Sequence record: SRR20825010_7048
Length of the DNA stretch: 37,111 nt
Strand: one strand, 5' to 3'
The notes below the pieces were generated by a model. The model was not told the DNA's origin and did no database searches. It saw only the letters and a list, made by a program, of their open reading frames with translations. Both the position numbers and the translations under genes were made by a program. Shown piece by piece: positions 11,284-20,644 of the stretch; position 1 is the first letter of the stretch, and each line of letters starts with the position of its first letter.

Positions 11284-11417
11284 GACGGAAAAGCCTCAGC
11301 CAAGTTGTGGCAGGAGCGTGCTAATGTTCTCCCGCTTTTATTTTTTTGCCGATTTTGCCACGATTCGGTCATCATACTGATAATGGTATCGGAAAGAACC
11401 TCTCCCGCGGAGTCGCC

Positions 11418-14288
11418 TTGACCATCCAAACCGCTCCTATTGCCCTGGACTTTGATGAGGGTATAGACCGAAAAACGCTGCGCCGGCTGCGGGACCGGTT
11501 CATGGCTGTCAACCGGGAGCGCTGGGATCGTGCCCATTCGGCCCTGACCTATCGGCAACAGGCTGTTCTGGAAGTGTTGCCACTGGTGTTCCATCTTAAT
11601 CACCCGGCTTTGCCCGGCTATCTCGACAGCGACTGCCCTTACGGACTGAGCCACTATCGGCCCCCTGAGTCCACGTTGAACGCTGCCCGGCGCCTGGCAA
11701 GAACCTTTTCACTCAAGGACGAGGGGCGCAGAAAACCAGACCTGGAAGCCCTCTTCCTGATGGGCAGCCCCGGGACCCTGGGCCATTCGGTGGCCAGTGA
11801 TCTGGATATCTGGCTGTGTCATCGCCCGGATCTCTCGGAGCGGGGCGTGCGTTGCCTGGAACGTAAGGCTCAAAGTCTGTCCATCTGGGCTGAAAGCCTG
11901 GGGGTTGAGCTTCATGTGTTTGTGTTTTCCGCCGCTGACTGGCGTGCCGGAAGGCAGCGAGCGGAAGTGACCGGGGAAAACTGCGGCAGTTCACAGCATT
12001 ATTTGCTGCTGGACGAATTCTACCGCACGAGCATTCATCTTGGCGGCCGTTATCCATTGTGGTGGCTGGTCCCCGTGGAGGATGAGCGACGCTATGACGA
12101 GTGCGCCCGGCAGCTGATTGACTGCCGTTTTATCCGGGGTGATGAGTACATTGATTTCGGCCCCGTGTCCTCGATACCGCAGGAAGAGTTTCTGGGGGCT
12201 GGAGTCTGGCAGTTGTACAAAGGCATCGACATGCCCTGGAAGTCGATCCTCAAGCTGCTGCTGATCGAGTGTTATGCCCGTAGTAATGAGAGCCAAGAGA
12301 GCGATGAGAAACCACTGCTGTCCCGGGTCTTCAAGGCGGCGGTGTATTCCGGTGAAACCAACCCTGACCGGCTCGATCCCTACGTACTGCTTTACGAACG
12401 CCTTGAGCAGTGGCTGCTTGAAGAAGATGCCCCCCAACGCCTGGTCCTGGTGCGTCAGAGCCTTTATCTCAAGGCAGGCCTGCCGCTTACCCGTTCGGCA
12501 CAGACCCTCTCAGGCTGGAGAGCCAGGCTGTTGCAGGCCCTGGTGGACTCCTGGGGCTGGTCGGCTGCTGAGTTGAAAAACCTGGACAACCGGATCCGCT
12601 GGCGCGCAGAGGACGTGGTCACCCTTCGGCGGGCCGTGGTGGCCGAGTTGACCCACAGCTACCGGCTGTTGTCTCGGCTGGCTCGGGATCATGGCACCCG
12701 TGCGGCCATCACCAGCAATGACATGAACCTGCTGGGGCGTAAGTTGTATGCGGCGTTTCAGCGTAAGGCCGGGAAGGTAGAGCAGATCAACCCCGGGCTA
12801 GCCCCCTCCCTGGCAGAAGAGAATCTTGCGTTCCATCACCAGTCGGAACAGGGTGGTTCGGCTGGTCACGACGGCTGGTTGCTATACCGTGATCTTGAGG
12901 ACCCGTCAGATGCGCTCTGGCAACCGGTCATACGCCGTTCGGGCAATCTCAGTGAACTGTTGGTGTGGGGCTATTACAACGGCTTGCTGACCCGGGCCAC
13001 ACGGTTGAATGTGCGAGCCGGCAGCAGCATTGCCTCGGTGGCAGAACTGCGGGAAATGCTGGATGCACTTGGTGCGTTCCTGCCATTCCCGGTGGAGCCG
13101 GCTGGCCGGGAGGCGCTTTCCCGGGGTGTGCACCCGCTGCGCAACCTGCTGTTTGTCAATGTCGGGGTCGACCCTCAGGCCTATCTGACCGAGCGGGGCT
13201 TGCACAAGCTTAGCGCCCGTCACGATTCACTGGGCTTCAGCGGTGGACGGGAAAACCTGGTGAATACCATTGACCAGGTCACCTTCAATAGCTGGCACGA
13301 GGTGAGTTTGCAGCACTACGCCGCCGGAGACACGCTGGTGCAGTGCCTCAAAAACGTGCTGGCATCAGTCGCCAACGCTCCGGACCGGTTGCCGGACATC
13401 ATGGTTCATAGCCACAGCACAGGCCACGGAGCCGCCATAGCCCGGCGCGTACGCGAGCTGTTCATGGACGTGATGCGTTATTTCTTCGCCGGCGGTGTCG
13501 GCCCTCATCCCCTGCGTTACGTCATCGAGATGGATCGGCGATACTTCCTGCTTCAATTCAATGGCACTGAGCCCGGATTCGTGGCCTTGGACAGCAACGA
13601 AGCACTGATGGCGTATCTGTCCAAACCGCAGGAATCCTACGTGCCAGTGGTGTTTGACCAATACGCCTTGCTGGATGACCTGCCATTACGCGCCGTGTGC
13701 CATGCCAGCGAGCCGGATAACATTCAGGTGTTCTACCGGGTCACAGGAGAGACCGCGAAGGTGTGGGTCGTGGATGAACTGGGATCGGTGTTCTGCTGGC
13801 AGCAGGGTTACACCAATCGTCGCTTCCTGCTGGTGCCCTTGCTGCGATTCCTGGAGAACCTGATTGAACGCCGGCAGTTGCGACAACTGGACGCCGTGAC
13901 CGATGTTGCAGGTGTCCAGTGCTATGAGATGGTGCTTCGCGACAGTCAGTGGCGTGCGGAGAGGCGGCCGGACGCCGACAGCAACGTGCGCCTGCCCGGG
14001 CTGGATGTACAGGCCATCGGTATTCAGGAGGGTGACTCTCAGGTGCGTTTCGATATTTTCTGTGGCGATCAGGAATTTACCGTCCAGGAGTATGGAGACC
14101 AGCTGATACCCGCGGTGGCCCACTATATTCGTTCGCTCCGCCAAAGTGATGAGCGCTACCCGGTCTACCTGACGGATGTTCACCTACCCCATGACCTGGA
14201 TCCACAGATATACCAGCAGCATATCCAGACCATCCAGTATCTCTACTACCGTACCGAGTTGGAAGATTTGCTGAACCGGCATCTGTAG
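11418..14288 (+). CDS. cyaA: Class I adenylate cyclase
   Basis: LPLVFHLNHPALPGY, MGSPGTLGHSVASDLDIW, LLLDEFYRT, WQLYKGID and LGRKLYAAF; probable TTG start at 11418 after GGAG (ORF track starts at 11346). Confidence 0.93.
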   Translation: MTIQTAPIALDFDEGIDRKTLRRLRDRFMAVNRERWDRAHSALTYRQQAVLEVLPLVFHLNHPALPGYLDSDCPYGLSHYRPPESTLNAARRLARTFSLKDEGRRKPDLEALFLMGSPGTLGHSVASDLDIWLCHRPDLSERGVRCLERKAQSLSIWAESLGVELHVFVFSAADWRAGRQRAEVTGENCGSSQHYLLLDEFYRTSIHLGGRYPLWWLVPVEDERRYDECARQLIDCRFIRGDEYIDFGPVSSIPQEEFLGAGVWQLYKGIDMPWKSILKLLLIECYARSNESQESDEKPLLSRVFKAAVYSGETNPDRLDPYVLLYERLEQWLLEEDAPQRLVLVRQSLYLKAGLPLTRSAQTLSGWRARLLQALVDSWGWSAAELKNLDNRIRWRAEDVVTLRRAVVAELTHSYRLLSRLARDHGTRAAITSNDMNLLGRKLYAAFQRKAGKVEQINPGLAPSLAEENLAFHHQSEQGGSAGHDGWLLYRDLEDPSDALWQPVIRRSGNLSELLVWGYYNGLLTRATRLNVRAGSSIASVAELREMLDALGAFLPFPVEPAGREALSRGVHPLRNLLFVNVGVDPQAYLTERGLHKLSARHDSLGFSGGRENLVNTIDQVTFNSWHEVSLQHYAAGDTLVQCLKNVLASVANAPDRLPDIMVHSHSTGHGAAIARRVRELFMDVMRYFFAGGVGPHPLRYVIEMDRRYFLLQFNGTEPGFVALDSNEALMAYLSKPQESYVPVVFDQYALLDDLPLRAVCHASEPDNIQVFYRVTGETAKVWVVDELGSVFCWQQGYTNRRFLLVPLLRFLENLIERRQLRQLDAVTDVAGVQCYEMVLRDSQWRAERRPDADSNVRLPGLDVQAIGIQEGDSQVRFDIFCGDQEFTVQEYGDQLIPAVAHYIRSLRQSDERYPVYLTDVHLPHDLDPQIYQQHIQTIQYLYYRTELEDLLNRHL

Positions 14289-14375
14289 TATCCGGAATCG
14301 TGGGTGGTAGCATCTCGCCGGGCGCGGCCTCACTCAGGTATACTGCGTGCATACAGACAACGGGGGCAGCTACCC

Positions 14376-14555
14376 ATGAGGCCAGGACAGACACTTACGT
14401 TCCTGCTGGTGATGGTCGTGTTTCTGGTTGGGTGTGGCCAGAAGGGGCCGTTGTATCGTCAGGCACCTGCCAGTGACGATGCCGCAACCGAGCAGGCCGC
14501 ACCCAGTCAGAAATCCAGCGAACACGACAGCAGCGAACCGGCTGAAGACCACTAG
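14376..14555 (+). CDS. lptM: Small outer-membrane lipoprotein LptM/LppL (YifL)
   Basis: Lipobox LVGC followed by the conserved GQKGPLY; located upstream of lysA-dapF. Confidence 0.9.
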   Translation: MRPGQTLTFLLVMVVFLVGCGQKGPLYRQAPASDDAATEQAAPSQKSSEHDSSEPAEDH

Positions 14556-14593
14556 GTTCGGCAGGCTGCCCCGATAACAGGCTCAGGAAATCC

Positions 14594-15844
14594 ATGGATC
14601 ACTTCAATTACCGCAGCGGTGAATTGTTCGCTGAGAACGTGGCGGTTGAGGACATTGCCCGGCGTTTTGGTACGCCAGCCTATGTCTATTCCCGCGCCAC
14701 CCTCGAGCGCCATTACCGCGCCTATGATGATGCGCTTGCCGGTCGGCCACACCTGGTGTGCTACGCCGTCAAGGCCAACAGTAATATCGCCGTGCTGAAC
14801 GTGTTGGCAAGGCTCGGCGCCGGTTTTGATATTGTGTCTGCCGGAGAACTGGAGCGGGTGATCCGTGCTGGCGGGGATCCTGCGAAAACCGTCTTTTCCG
14901 GGGTCGGCAAACAGCGCTGGGAAATGCGCCGCGCCCTCGAGGCCGGTGTTCGCTGTTTCAATGTGGAGTCCGACACCGAACTGGATCGCCTGAACGAAGT
15001 GGCGGGTGAGCTCGGTGTCAGGGCGCCGGTTTCCCTGCGTGTGAACCCGGACGTGGACGCCGGTACCCACCCCTATATTTCCACGGGGCTGAAAGAGAAC
15101 AAGTTCGGCATCGACATTGCGGAAGCTCCGGCCGTCTATGAGCGTGCCGCTGCCATGCCAAACCTGGACATACAAGGTGTGGATTGTCACATCGGCTCGC
15201 AGCTCACGTCGGTGTCACCTTTCCTCGATGCGCTGGACCGTGTGTTGGAACTGATCGATGCCCTGGCGCAAAAGAATATTAATATCCGGCATCTGGACAT
15301 GGGTGGTGGCCTGGGGGTCACCTACGATCAGGAGCAGCCGCCGCAACCGTCGGATTATGTGACCGCGCTGGCGGAACGCCTGGGCGATCGGTCGCTGGAG
15401 CTGATCATGGAGCCGGGGCGGTCCATTGCCGCCAACGCCGGCATCCTGCTGACGCGGGTGGAATTCCTCAAGTGCACTGAACATCGCAACTTCGCCATCA
15501 TAGATGCGGCAATGAACGACCTGATTCGTCCCGCGCTCTACAGCGCGTGGCAATCCATTGTCCCGGTAACGCCCCGCAACGACGGTGACGAGAAAGCGTG
15601 GGACCTGGTTGGGCCGGTGTGTGAGACCGGTGATTTCCTCGGCAAGGATCGCAAGCTGAGACTCCAGGCGGGCGATTTGCTGGCGGTTCGGTCCGCCGGG
15701 GCCTATGGTTTTGTGATGAGCTCCAACTACAACACCCGTAACCGTCCACCGGAACTGATGGTTGATGGTGAACAGGTGCACATTGTGCGTCGGCGGGAAA
15801 CCCTGGAAGAACAGCTTGGCCCAGAAAGCTGTTTGCCGGAATGA
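14594..15844 (+). CDS. lysA: Diaminopimelate decarboxylase
   Basis: YAVKANSN (PLP Lys), [23 protein letters not shown] and GAYG. Confidence 0.98.
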   Translation: MDHFNYRSGELFAENVAVEDIARRFGTPAYVYSRATLERHYRAYDDALAGRPHLVCYAVKANSNIAVLNVLARLGAGFDIVSAGELERVIRAGGDPAKTVFSGVGKQRWEMRRALEAGVRCFNVESDTELDRLNEVAGELGVRAPVSLRVNPDVDAGTHPYISTGLKENKFGIDIAEAPAVYERAAAMPNLDIQGVDCHIGSQLTSVSPFLDALDRVLELIDALAQKNINIRHLDMGGGLGVTYDQEQPPQPSDYVTALAERLGDRSLELIMEPGRSIAANAGILLTRVEFLKCTEHRNFAIIDAAMNDLIRPALYSAWQSIVPVTPRNDGDEKAWDLVGPVCETGDFLGKDRKLRLQAGDLLAVRSAGAYGFVMSSNYNTRNRPPELMVDGEQVHIVRRRETLEEQLGPESCLPE

Positions 15845-16824
15845 GTGGAGAGGCGGAGATGAGTCAGTCCCGGCGCAATCAGGGCCCAATGCTTAATTTC
15901 ACCAAGATGCACGGTCTTGGGAACGACTTCATGGTGGTGGACGCCATCAGCCAGCCCTTTCGCCTGCGCCCGGAGATGATCCGCGAACTGGCCGACCGGA
16001 ATTTCGGCATTGGCTTTGATCAGCTGCTGGTGGTTGAACCCCCGGGACTGCCCGATGTGGACTTCCGCTACCGTATATTCAACAGCGATGGCTCGGAAGT
16101 CGAGCAGTGCGGCAACGGGGCCCGCTGTTTTGCCCGCTTTGTCCGCGACCAGCGCCTGACCAACAAGAAGGTGATCCGGGTTCAGACCGCCAAGGGCGTT
16201 ATCGAATTGAGAGTCGGACGTGCAGGCATGGTCACCGTCGATATGGGGGTTCCTGAACTCAATCCTCCGGCCATCCCGTTCGCTGCCGACCGCCGCAAGG
16301 ACGTGTACACGGTGGAACTCGGCGGTGATACCGTGGAACTCAGTGCCGTCTCCATGGGCAATCCCCATGGGGTGCTATTGGTGGATGACGTGGATACCGC
16401 CCCGGTAGGCGAGTTTGGCCCCAGGCTTGAGAGCCATCCGCGGTTCCCGGCGCGGGCCAACATCGGGTTCCTGCAGATTATTGACCGGACCCGCGTTCGC
16501 CTGAGGGTGTTCGAGCGTGGTTCCGGCGAAACCATGGCCTGCGGCAGTGGCGCCTGTGCGGCGGTGGTCGCCGGCTGCCTGCGAGGGCTGCTGGACAGCC
16601 GGGTGGACGTCGAGCTGAAAGGCGGGCGCCTGGTCATCGAATGGCAGGGTGAGGGGGCCCCTGTTATGATGGAAGGCCCGACGGCCAGCGTTTTCGAGGG
16701 TCAGCTTCGCCTGCCGGCAGACCAGCCCCCGAAACGACGTAAGAGCACGCGGCACAGCGATGCAAAATCAGGTACCAACCGACAGAACAATCGCCATCGC
16801 CAGCCGGCCACATCAAGGCCCTGA
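15841..16824 (+). CDS. dapF: Diaminopimelate epimerase with N- and C-terminal extensions
   Basis: [26 protein letters not shown] and [13 protein letters not shown]; alternative starts at 15859 and 15889. Confidence 0.96.
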   Translation: MSGEAEMSQSRRNQGPMLNFTKMHGLGNDFMVVDAISQPFRLRPEMIRELADRNFGIGFDQLLVVEPPGLPDVDFRYRIFNSDGSEVEQCGNGARCFARFVRDQRLTNKKVIRVQTAKGVIELRVGRAGMVTVDMGVPELNPPAIPFAADRRKDVYTVELGGDTVELSAVSMGNPHGVLLVDDVDTAPVGEFGPRLESHPRFPARANIGFLQIIDRTRVRLRVFERGSGETMACGSGACAAVVAGCLRGLLDSRVDVELKGGRLVIEWQGEGAPVMMEGPTASVFEGQLRLPADQPPKRRKSTRHSDAKSGTNRQNNRHRQPATSRP

Positions 16825-16840
16825 CCATCAGGAGAGCAGC

Positions 16841-17587
16841 ATGACAGAACAAACGGCCCACAAGAAGGCCGAAGGGCTCACCCGGGAAGCCGTCGCAGAT
16901 TATCTGCGGAATAACCCCGATTTCTTTATTGATCAGGACGAGCTCCTGCGCAGCCTGACCCTGCCCCACGACAGCGGCCGGGCGATCTCGCTGGTAGAGC
17001 GCCAGGTGCACCTGTTTCGCGAACAGCGCGACACCTTGCGTCGCGAGTTGGTAGAGCTGGTGTCCATTGCACGCCACAACGACCGTCTGTTCGAAAAGAG
17101 CAAGCGCCTGCTGATGCAGGTGATCGAGGCCCGCAACCTGAATGATATGGCCGCCGCGATTGATGACAGTATCCGTGGTGATTTCGGTCTGGACGCGGCC
17201 TCGGTGATTCTCTTCACCGACAGCGAGTTGCCGGCAGCGGCGCAAGGCGCCCTACACGTGGTGTCGCCGGATGAGGCGAAAGCGCGCCTGGGTGGCTTGC
17301 TGGAAGGGGATCGCGCCGTTTGTGGCCAGTTCCGTGAGAGCGAGCGCAGTTTCCTGTTCCCGGACCGGGAGGAACCCATTGCCTCCGTGGCGTTAGTGCC
17401 ACTGCGTAACAACGAATTGGTCGGGGTGTTTGCCGTGGGTAGTTGCGAACCCGGGTACTTCGACCAGAGTATGGGATCACTCTTCCTGACCTACATCAGC
17501 GACACCCTGAGCCGTCTGTTGCCGCCTATCCTGCAAAGGCATGCCGCCACGTTGCCTGTCACCGATGTGGTCGCGGAGTCCCGCTGA
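16841..17587 (+). CDS. DUF484 (YigA-like) GAF-fold protein
   Basis: VADYLRNNPDFF, ISLVERQ and GS...F...MGSLFL; between dapF and xerC; SD AGGAGA precedes ATG 16841. Confidence 0.9.
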   Translation: MTEQTAHKKAEGLTREAVADYLRNNPDFFIDQDELLRSLTLPHDSGRAISLVERQVHLFREQRDTLRRELVELVSIARHNDRLFEKSKRLLMQVIEARNLNDMAAAIDDSIRGDFGLDAASVILFTDSELPAAAQGALHVVSPDEAKARLGGLLEGDRAVCGQFRESERSFLFPDREEPIASVALVPLRNNELVGVFAVGSCEPGYFDQSMGSLFLTYISDTLSRLLPPILQRHAATLPVTDVVAESR

Positions 17588-17589
17588 CC

Positions 17590-18543
17590 ATGTCGCTGGC
17601 TGACGAGGAAACCGGCCCGGCTGCCACACTGGCAGAGCCTGTGGCCGCGTTCCTGCGTTATCTGGCGTCGGAGAAGCGACACTCACCACGCACCTGCGGC
17701 AGTTATCGCGATGACCTGAACCGCTTTGCTGCGTGGGTTGAGCATCTACCGTCACCGGCCTGGCGATCGGTCACCAGCCACGACTTGCGACGATACGTTG
17801 CCCAGCTCAGCCGTGAAGGTTTGGGCGGTCGGAGTATTGCCCGTCACCTGTCTGCCATCCGCCGGTTCTACGAATACCTGTTACGGGAACACCTGGCTGT
17901 CGACAATCCGGCGTTGGACATCCGGGCTCCGAAGTCCGGTAGGCGTCTACCGAAGGTGGCGGACGTGGACCAGCTCAATCACCTGCTGGACGCAACGCCC
18001 GATGATCCGCTGGAAATTCGCGACCTGAGCATGTTCGAGCTGATGTATTCCTCAGGGCTGCGGTTGTCGGAACTGGCGGGGCTGGATCTCCAATCCGTAG
18101 ACGCCCGAGGTGGGGAGGTCCGGGTGCTGGGTAAGGGGCGCAAGGAACGCCTCCTGCCGGTTGGGCGAAGGGCGTTGGAGGCACTGGCTCGGTGGCTTGA
18201 CGTGCGCGGAGCGATGGCGCCAGAGGGAGAGAATGCCCTGTATGTGAGCCGGCGAGGTGATCGGCTCAGTACTCGCAGTATCCAGTCCCGCCTCAGCCGG
18301 TGGGGAATGTCGAAAGGGGCGGACCAAAGACTGCATCCCCACCTGCTTCGGCATTCCTTCGCCAGCCATATGCTGGAGTCCAGTGGTGACCTGCGAGCGG
18401 TGCAGGAGTTGCTGGGCCATGCGGACATCGCGACGACCCAGGTCTATACTCATCTGGATTTCCAGCATCTGGCAAAGGTCTACGATCAGAGCCATCCCAG
18501 GGCTCGCCGTCGTGGTAACAGGCAGGAAACGGAGCATCGTTGA
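17590..18543 (+). CDS. xerC: Chromosomal tyrosine recombinase XerC
   Basis: GLRLSEL, GKGRKER, HPHLLRHSFASH and LLGHADIATTQVYTHLDFQHLAKVYD; dapF-DUF484-xerC synteny. Confidence 0.95.
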   Translation: MSLADEETGPAATLAEPVAAFLRYLASEKRHSPRTCGSYRDDLNRFAAWVEHLPSPAWRSVTSHDLRRYVAQLSREGLGGRSIARHLSAIRRFYEYLLREHLAVDNPALDIRAPKSGRRLPKVADVDQLNHLLDATPDDPLEIRDLSMFELMYSSGLRLSELAGLDLQSVDARGGEVRVLGKGRKERLLPVGRRALEALARWLDVRGAMAPEGENALYVSRRGDRLSTRSIQSRLSRWGMSKGADQRLHPHLLRHSFASHMLESSGDLRAVQELLGHADIATTQVYTHLDFQHLAKVYDQSHPRARRRGNRQETEHR

Positions 18544-18591
18544 GGCATCAGTCACGGAACAGGCGTCCAGTAAAAGGGCCAGGAGCGCTAA

Positions 18592-20268
18592 ATGTCATCG
18601 GACCCATCCTGGAAGGATAAATACCTCCAGGCACTTGAATCTTCAGAACAGCGTGAATCGCATTGGGAAGCTGAAAGGAACCTACTTCAGCGTATGCTGG
18701 TGCGTACCAGTCTGGCGTCCGAAGGACAGACTGCGGAGCTGGACCGTTTGCTGGAACGGGTTCGTGACGAGTTACGAAAACCCCCTCTCAACGCAGACAG
18801 CTGGCGGGATTTGCAGGAGAGAATTGACCGCCAGGTGGCGGCCCTGGACGACCGCAAATCTGAATCCACGGACCGGCTGAGAACCACATTCGAGCAGTTG
18901 CTGTCGGAACTGCGCTCCCATCCTATGTTCAAATCCGGCAAGGACCGTATTCGAGACCTGGAGAAGCGACTCCGGAAACCGGAAACCCTTCAGCTCGATG
19001 CGACCGGATGGTTGGTCGATCTGGCATTGGTGTTGGAAACTGGGCTGGGCAGCGGTGACGGGCAGGATCGCAAACGAAGTCGGTTTGGCCGGCTGTTTGG
19101 TGGCCGGGGAAGCCAGGAGCCGTCCGACCAGCCGATGTTGGCGGAAGCCGCCGAGAACACGCTGGCTTCGCCTGCCGTTGAACTGGCGATGCCTGGCACA
19201 GAAGACAGCGAACGCCTGAAGATTGCACGGCGGGTTGGTGAACTGCTGGGGCATATGCTGGATCAGGTGACACTGGAGGCTGCGTCGGAGGCAAGAGCCC
19301 GACGGCTACAGGAATCGCTGTTGAGCAGCGATAACTGGGATGAGCTGCGGGAGGGGCTGAGCAGCGTGGCGGAACTGGTAATCGCCGCGGTTACCCGGGG
19401 GCAAAGGGAGTTTGAGGCCTTCCTTCGGCGTCTCGATGAACGGCTGGACGCGTTGCGCCAGTGTTTTACCGAGCAGGCGAATGCCCAGGCCGGGCGACTG
19501 GATGCCTCGCAGGAATTGGATCGCGATATCCGCCAGGAGCTATGGTCGTTCGGCCAGCAAGTGGAAAGCAGTGTTGACTTCGACGGGCTGAAAGACTCAG
19601 TGAGCCAGCACCTCGAGACGATCAGTGGGGCCGTCGAGCGGTTTCGGGAGCAGGAGTCCGAGCGCGAGCGTAACCTGTCGCTGCAACTGGAGCTCATGCA
19701 GGAAAAACTGGTGACGATGGAGGCCCAGTCGGAACAGGTCCGGGAAAAACTCCGGGAGGAACGTGAAAAAGCCCTTACCGATGTCCTGACCCAATTACCC
19801 AACCGGGAAGCCTGGCAGGAGCGACTGTCGTTCGAGTACCAGCGCTGGCAGCGTTATCGTCATTCACTGTCGGTCTGTGTGCTTGATATTGATTTTTTCA
19901 AGCGTGTGAACGATTCCTATGGCCACAAGGCGGGTGATCGCGTGTTGCAACTGGTTGCCCGTGCCCTCCGTGAGCGGCTGAGGGCAACCGACTTCATCGC
20001 CCGTTTTGGCGGGGAAGAGTTCGTGATCCTGTTGCCGGAAACCAATGTGGACAACGCCCGGTCGGTATTGGATAGCATGCGCGGGCATATCGCGGAGCTG
20101 CCGTTCCATTTCCGGGGAGAACCGGTGTCGGTGACGTTTTCGGCAGGGCTGGCGGAATTTGATGGGGACGATGACGAGGACGATGTGTTCGACCGGGCCG
20201 ACAAGGCTCTGTACCTCGCCAAGGACTCCGGCCGCGACCAGGTGCTTATTGCAGGACGTGATGTCTGA
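18592..20268 (+). CDS. Coiled-coil diguanylate cyclase (DgcP/PA5487-like)
   Basis: Intact GGEEF, RATD I-site and DIDFFKRVND; N-terminal WKDKYL...LVRTSLASEG recalled as similar to Pseudomonas DgcP. Confidence 0.88.
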   Translation: MSSDPSWKDKYLQALESSEQRESHWEAERNLLQRMLVRTSLASEGQTAELDRLLERVRDELRKPPLNADSWRDLQERIDRQVAALDDRKSESTDRLRTTFEQLLSELRSHPMFKSGKDRIRDLEKRLRKPETLQLDATGWLVDLALVLETGLGSGDGQDRKRSRFGRLFGGRGSQEPSDQPMLAEAAENTLASPAVELAMPGTEDSERLKIARRVGELLGHMLDQVTLEAASEARARRLQESLLSSDNWDELREGLSSVAELVIAAVTRGQREFEAFLRRLDERLDALRQCFTEQANAQAGRLDASQELDRDIRQELWSFGQQVESSVDFDGLKDSVSQHLETISGAVERFREQESERERNLSLQLELMQEKLVTMEAQSEQVREKLREEREKALTDVLTQLPNREAWQERLSFEYQRWQRYRHSLSVCVLDIDFFKRVNDSYGHKAGDRVLQLVARALRERLRATDFIARFGGEEFVILLPETNVDNARSVLDSMRGHIAELPFHFRGEPVSVTFSAGLAEFDGDDDEDDVFDRADKALYLAKDSGRDQVLIAGRDV

Positions 20269-20269
20269 C

Positions 20270-20503
20270 TCAGTGCCGCATCAGGGCATCGAGCTCATCG
20301 ATAATTTCCGCCCAGTCAGAGTCGTCCTCGAGGCCCTCTTCGAGGAAATGTGACTGGCTTTCCGACCAGAAAGGGGCATCCTGCAACGCAATTTCCGGGG
20401 GCAGTGGCGAGTGCTGGGCGATAAAACTCTCAATGCTGACGCTGTCGGATGGCATACCGAGTTGTTCAAAAAGCGTGCTGAAATCGTGTTTGCTGGTATC
20501 CAT
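20270..20503 (-). CDS. DUF2789 family protein
   Basis: LFEQLG...FIAQH...DAPFWS...FL.E...D.DWAE.IDELD pattern. Confidence 0.8.
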   Translation of the reverse strand: MDTSKHDFSTLFEQLGMPSDSVSIESFIAQHSPLPPEIALQDAPFWSESQSHFLEEGLEDDSDWAEIIDELDALMRH

Positions 20504-20644
20504 GGTTGTGGTTCTCCCCAAGGTAGCCGGTGCTTTAAAACGCTGTGGGCACGATCAGAGTAGATCGGGTAACCCGCTGAATGCAATCGGAAGAATTTAC
20601 GGGTATGGTTCCCTGAACTGTAGCCGAACCGGTGAGGATATCCA

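Noticed and set aside
17590-18543. Tyrosine recombinase as a prophage/island integrase
   Set aside because: XerC-specific C-terminus (YTHLDFQHLAKVYD) and canonical dapF-DUF484-xerC context; no att sites, tRNA or cargo genes seen
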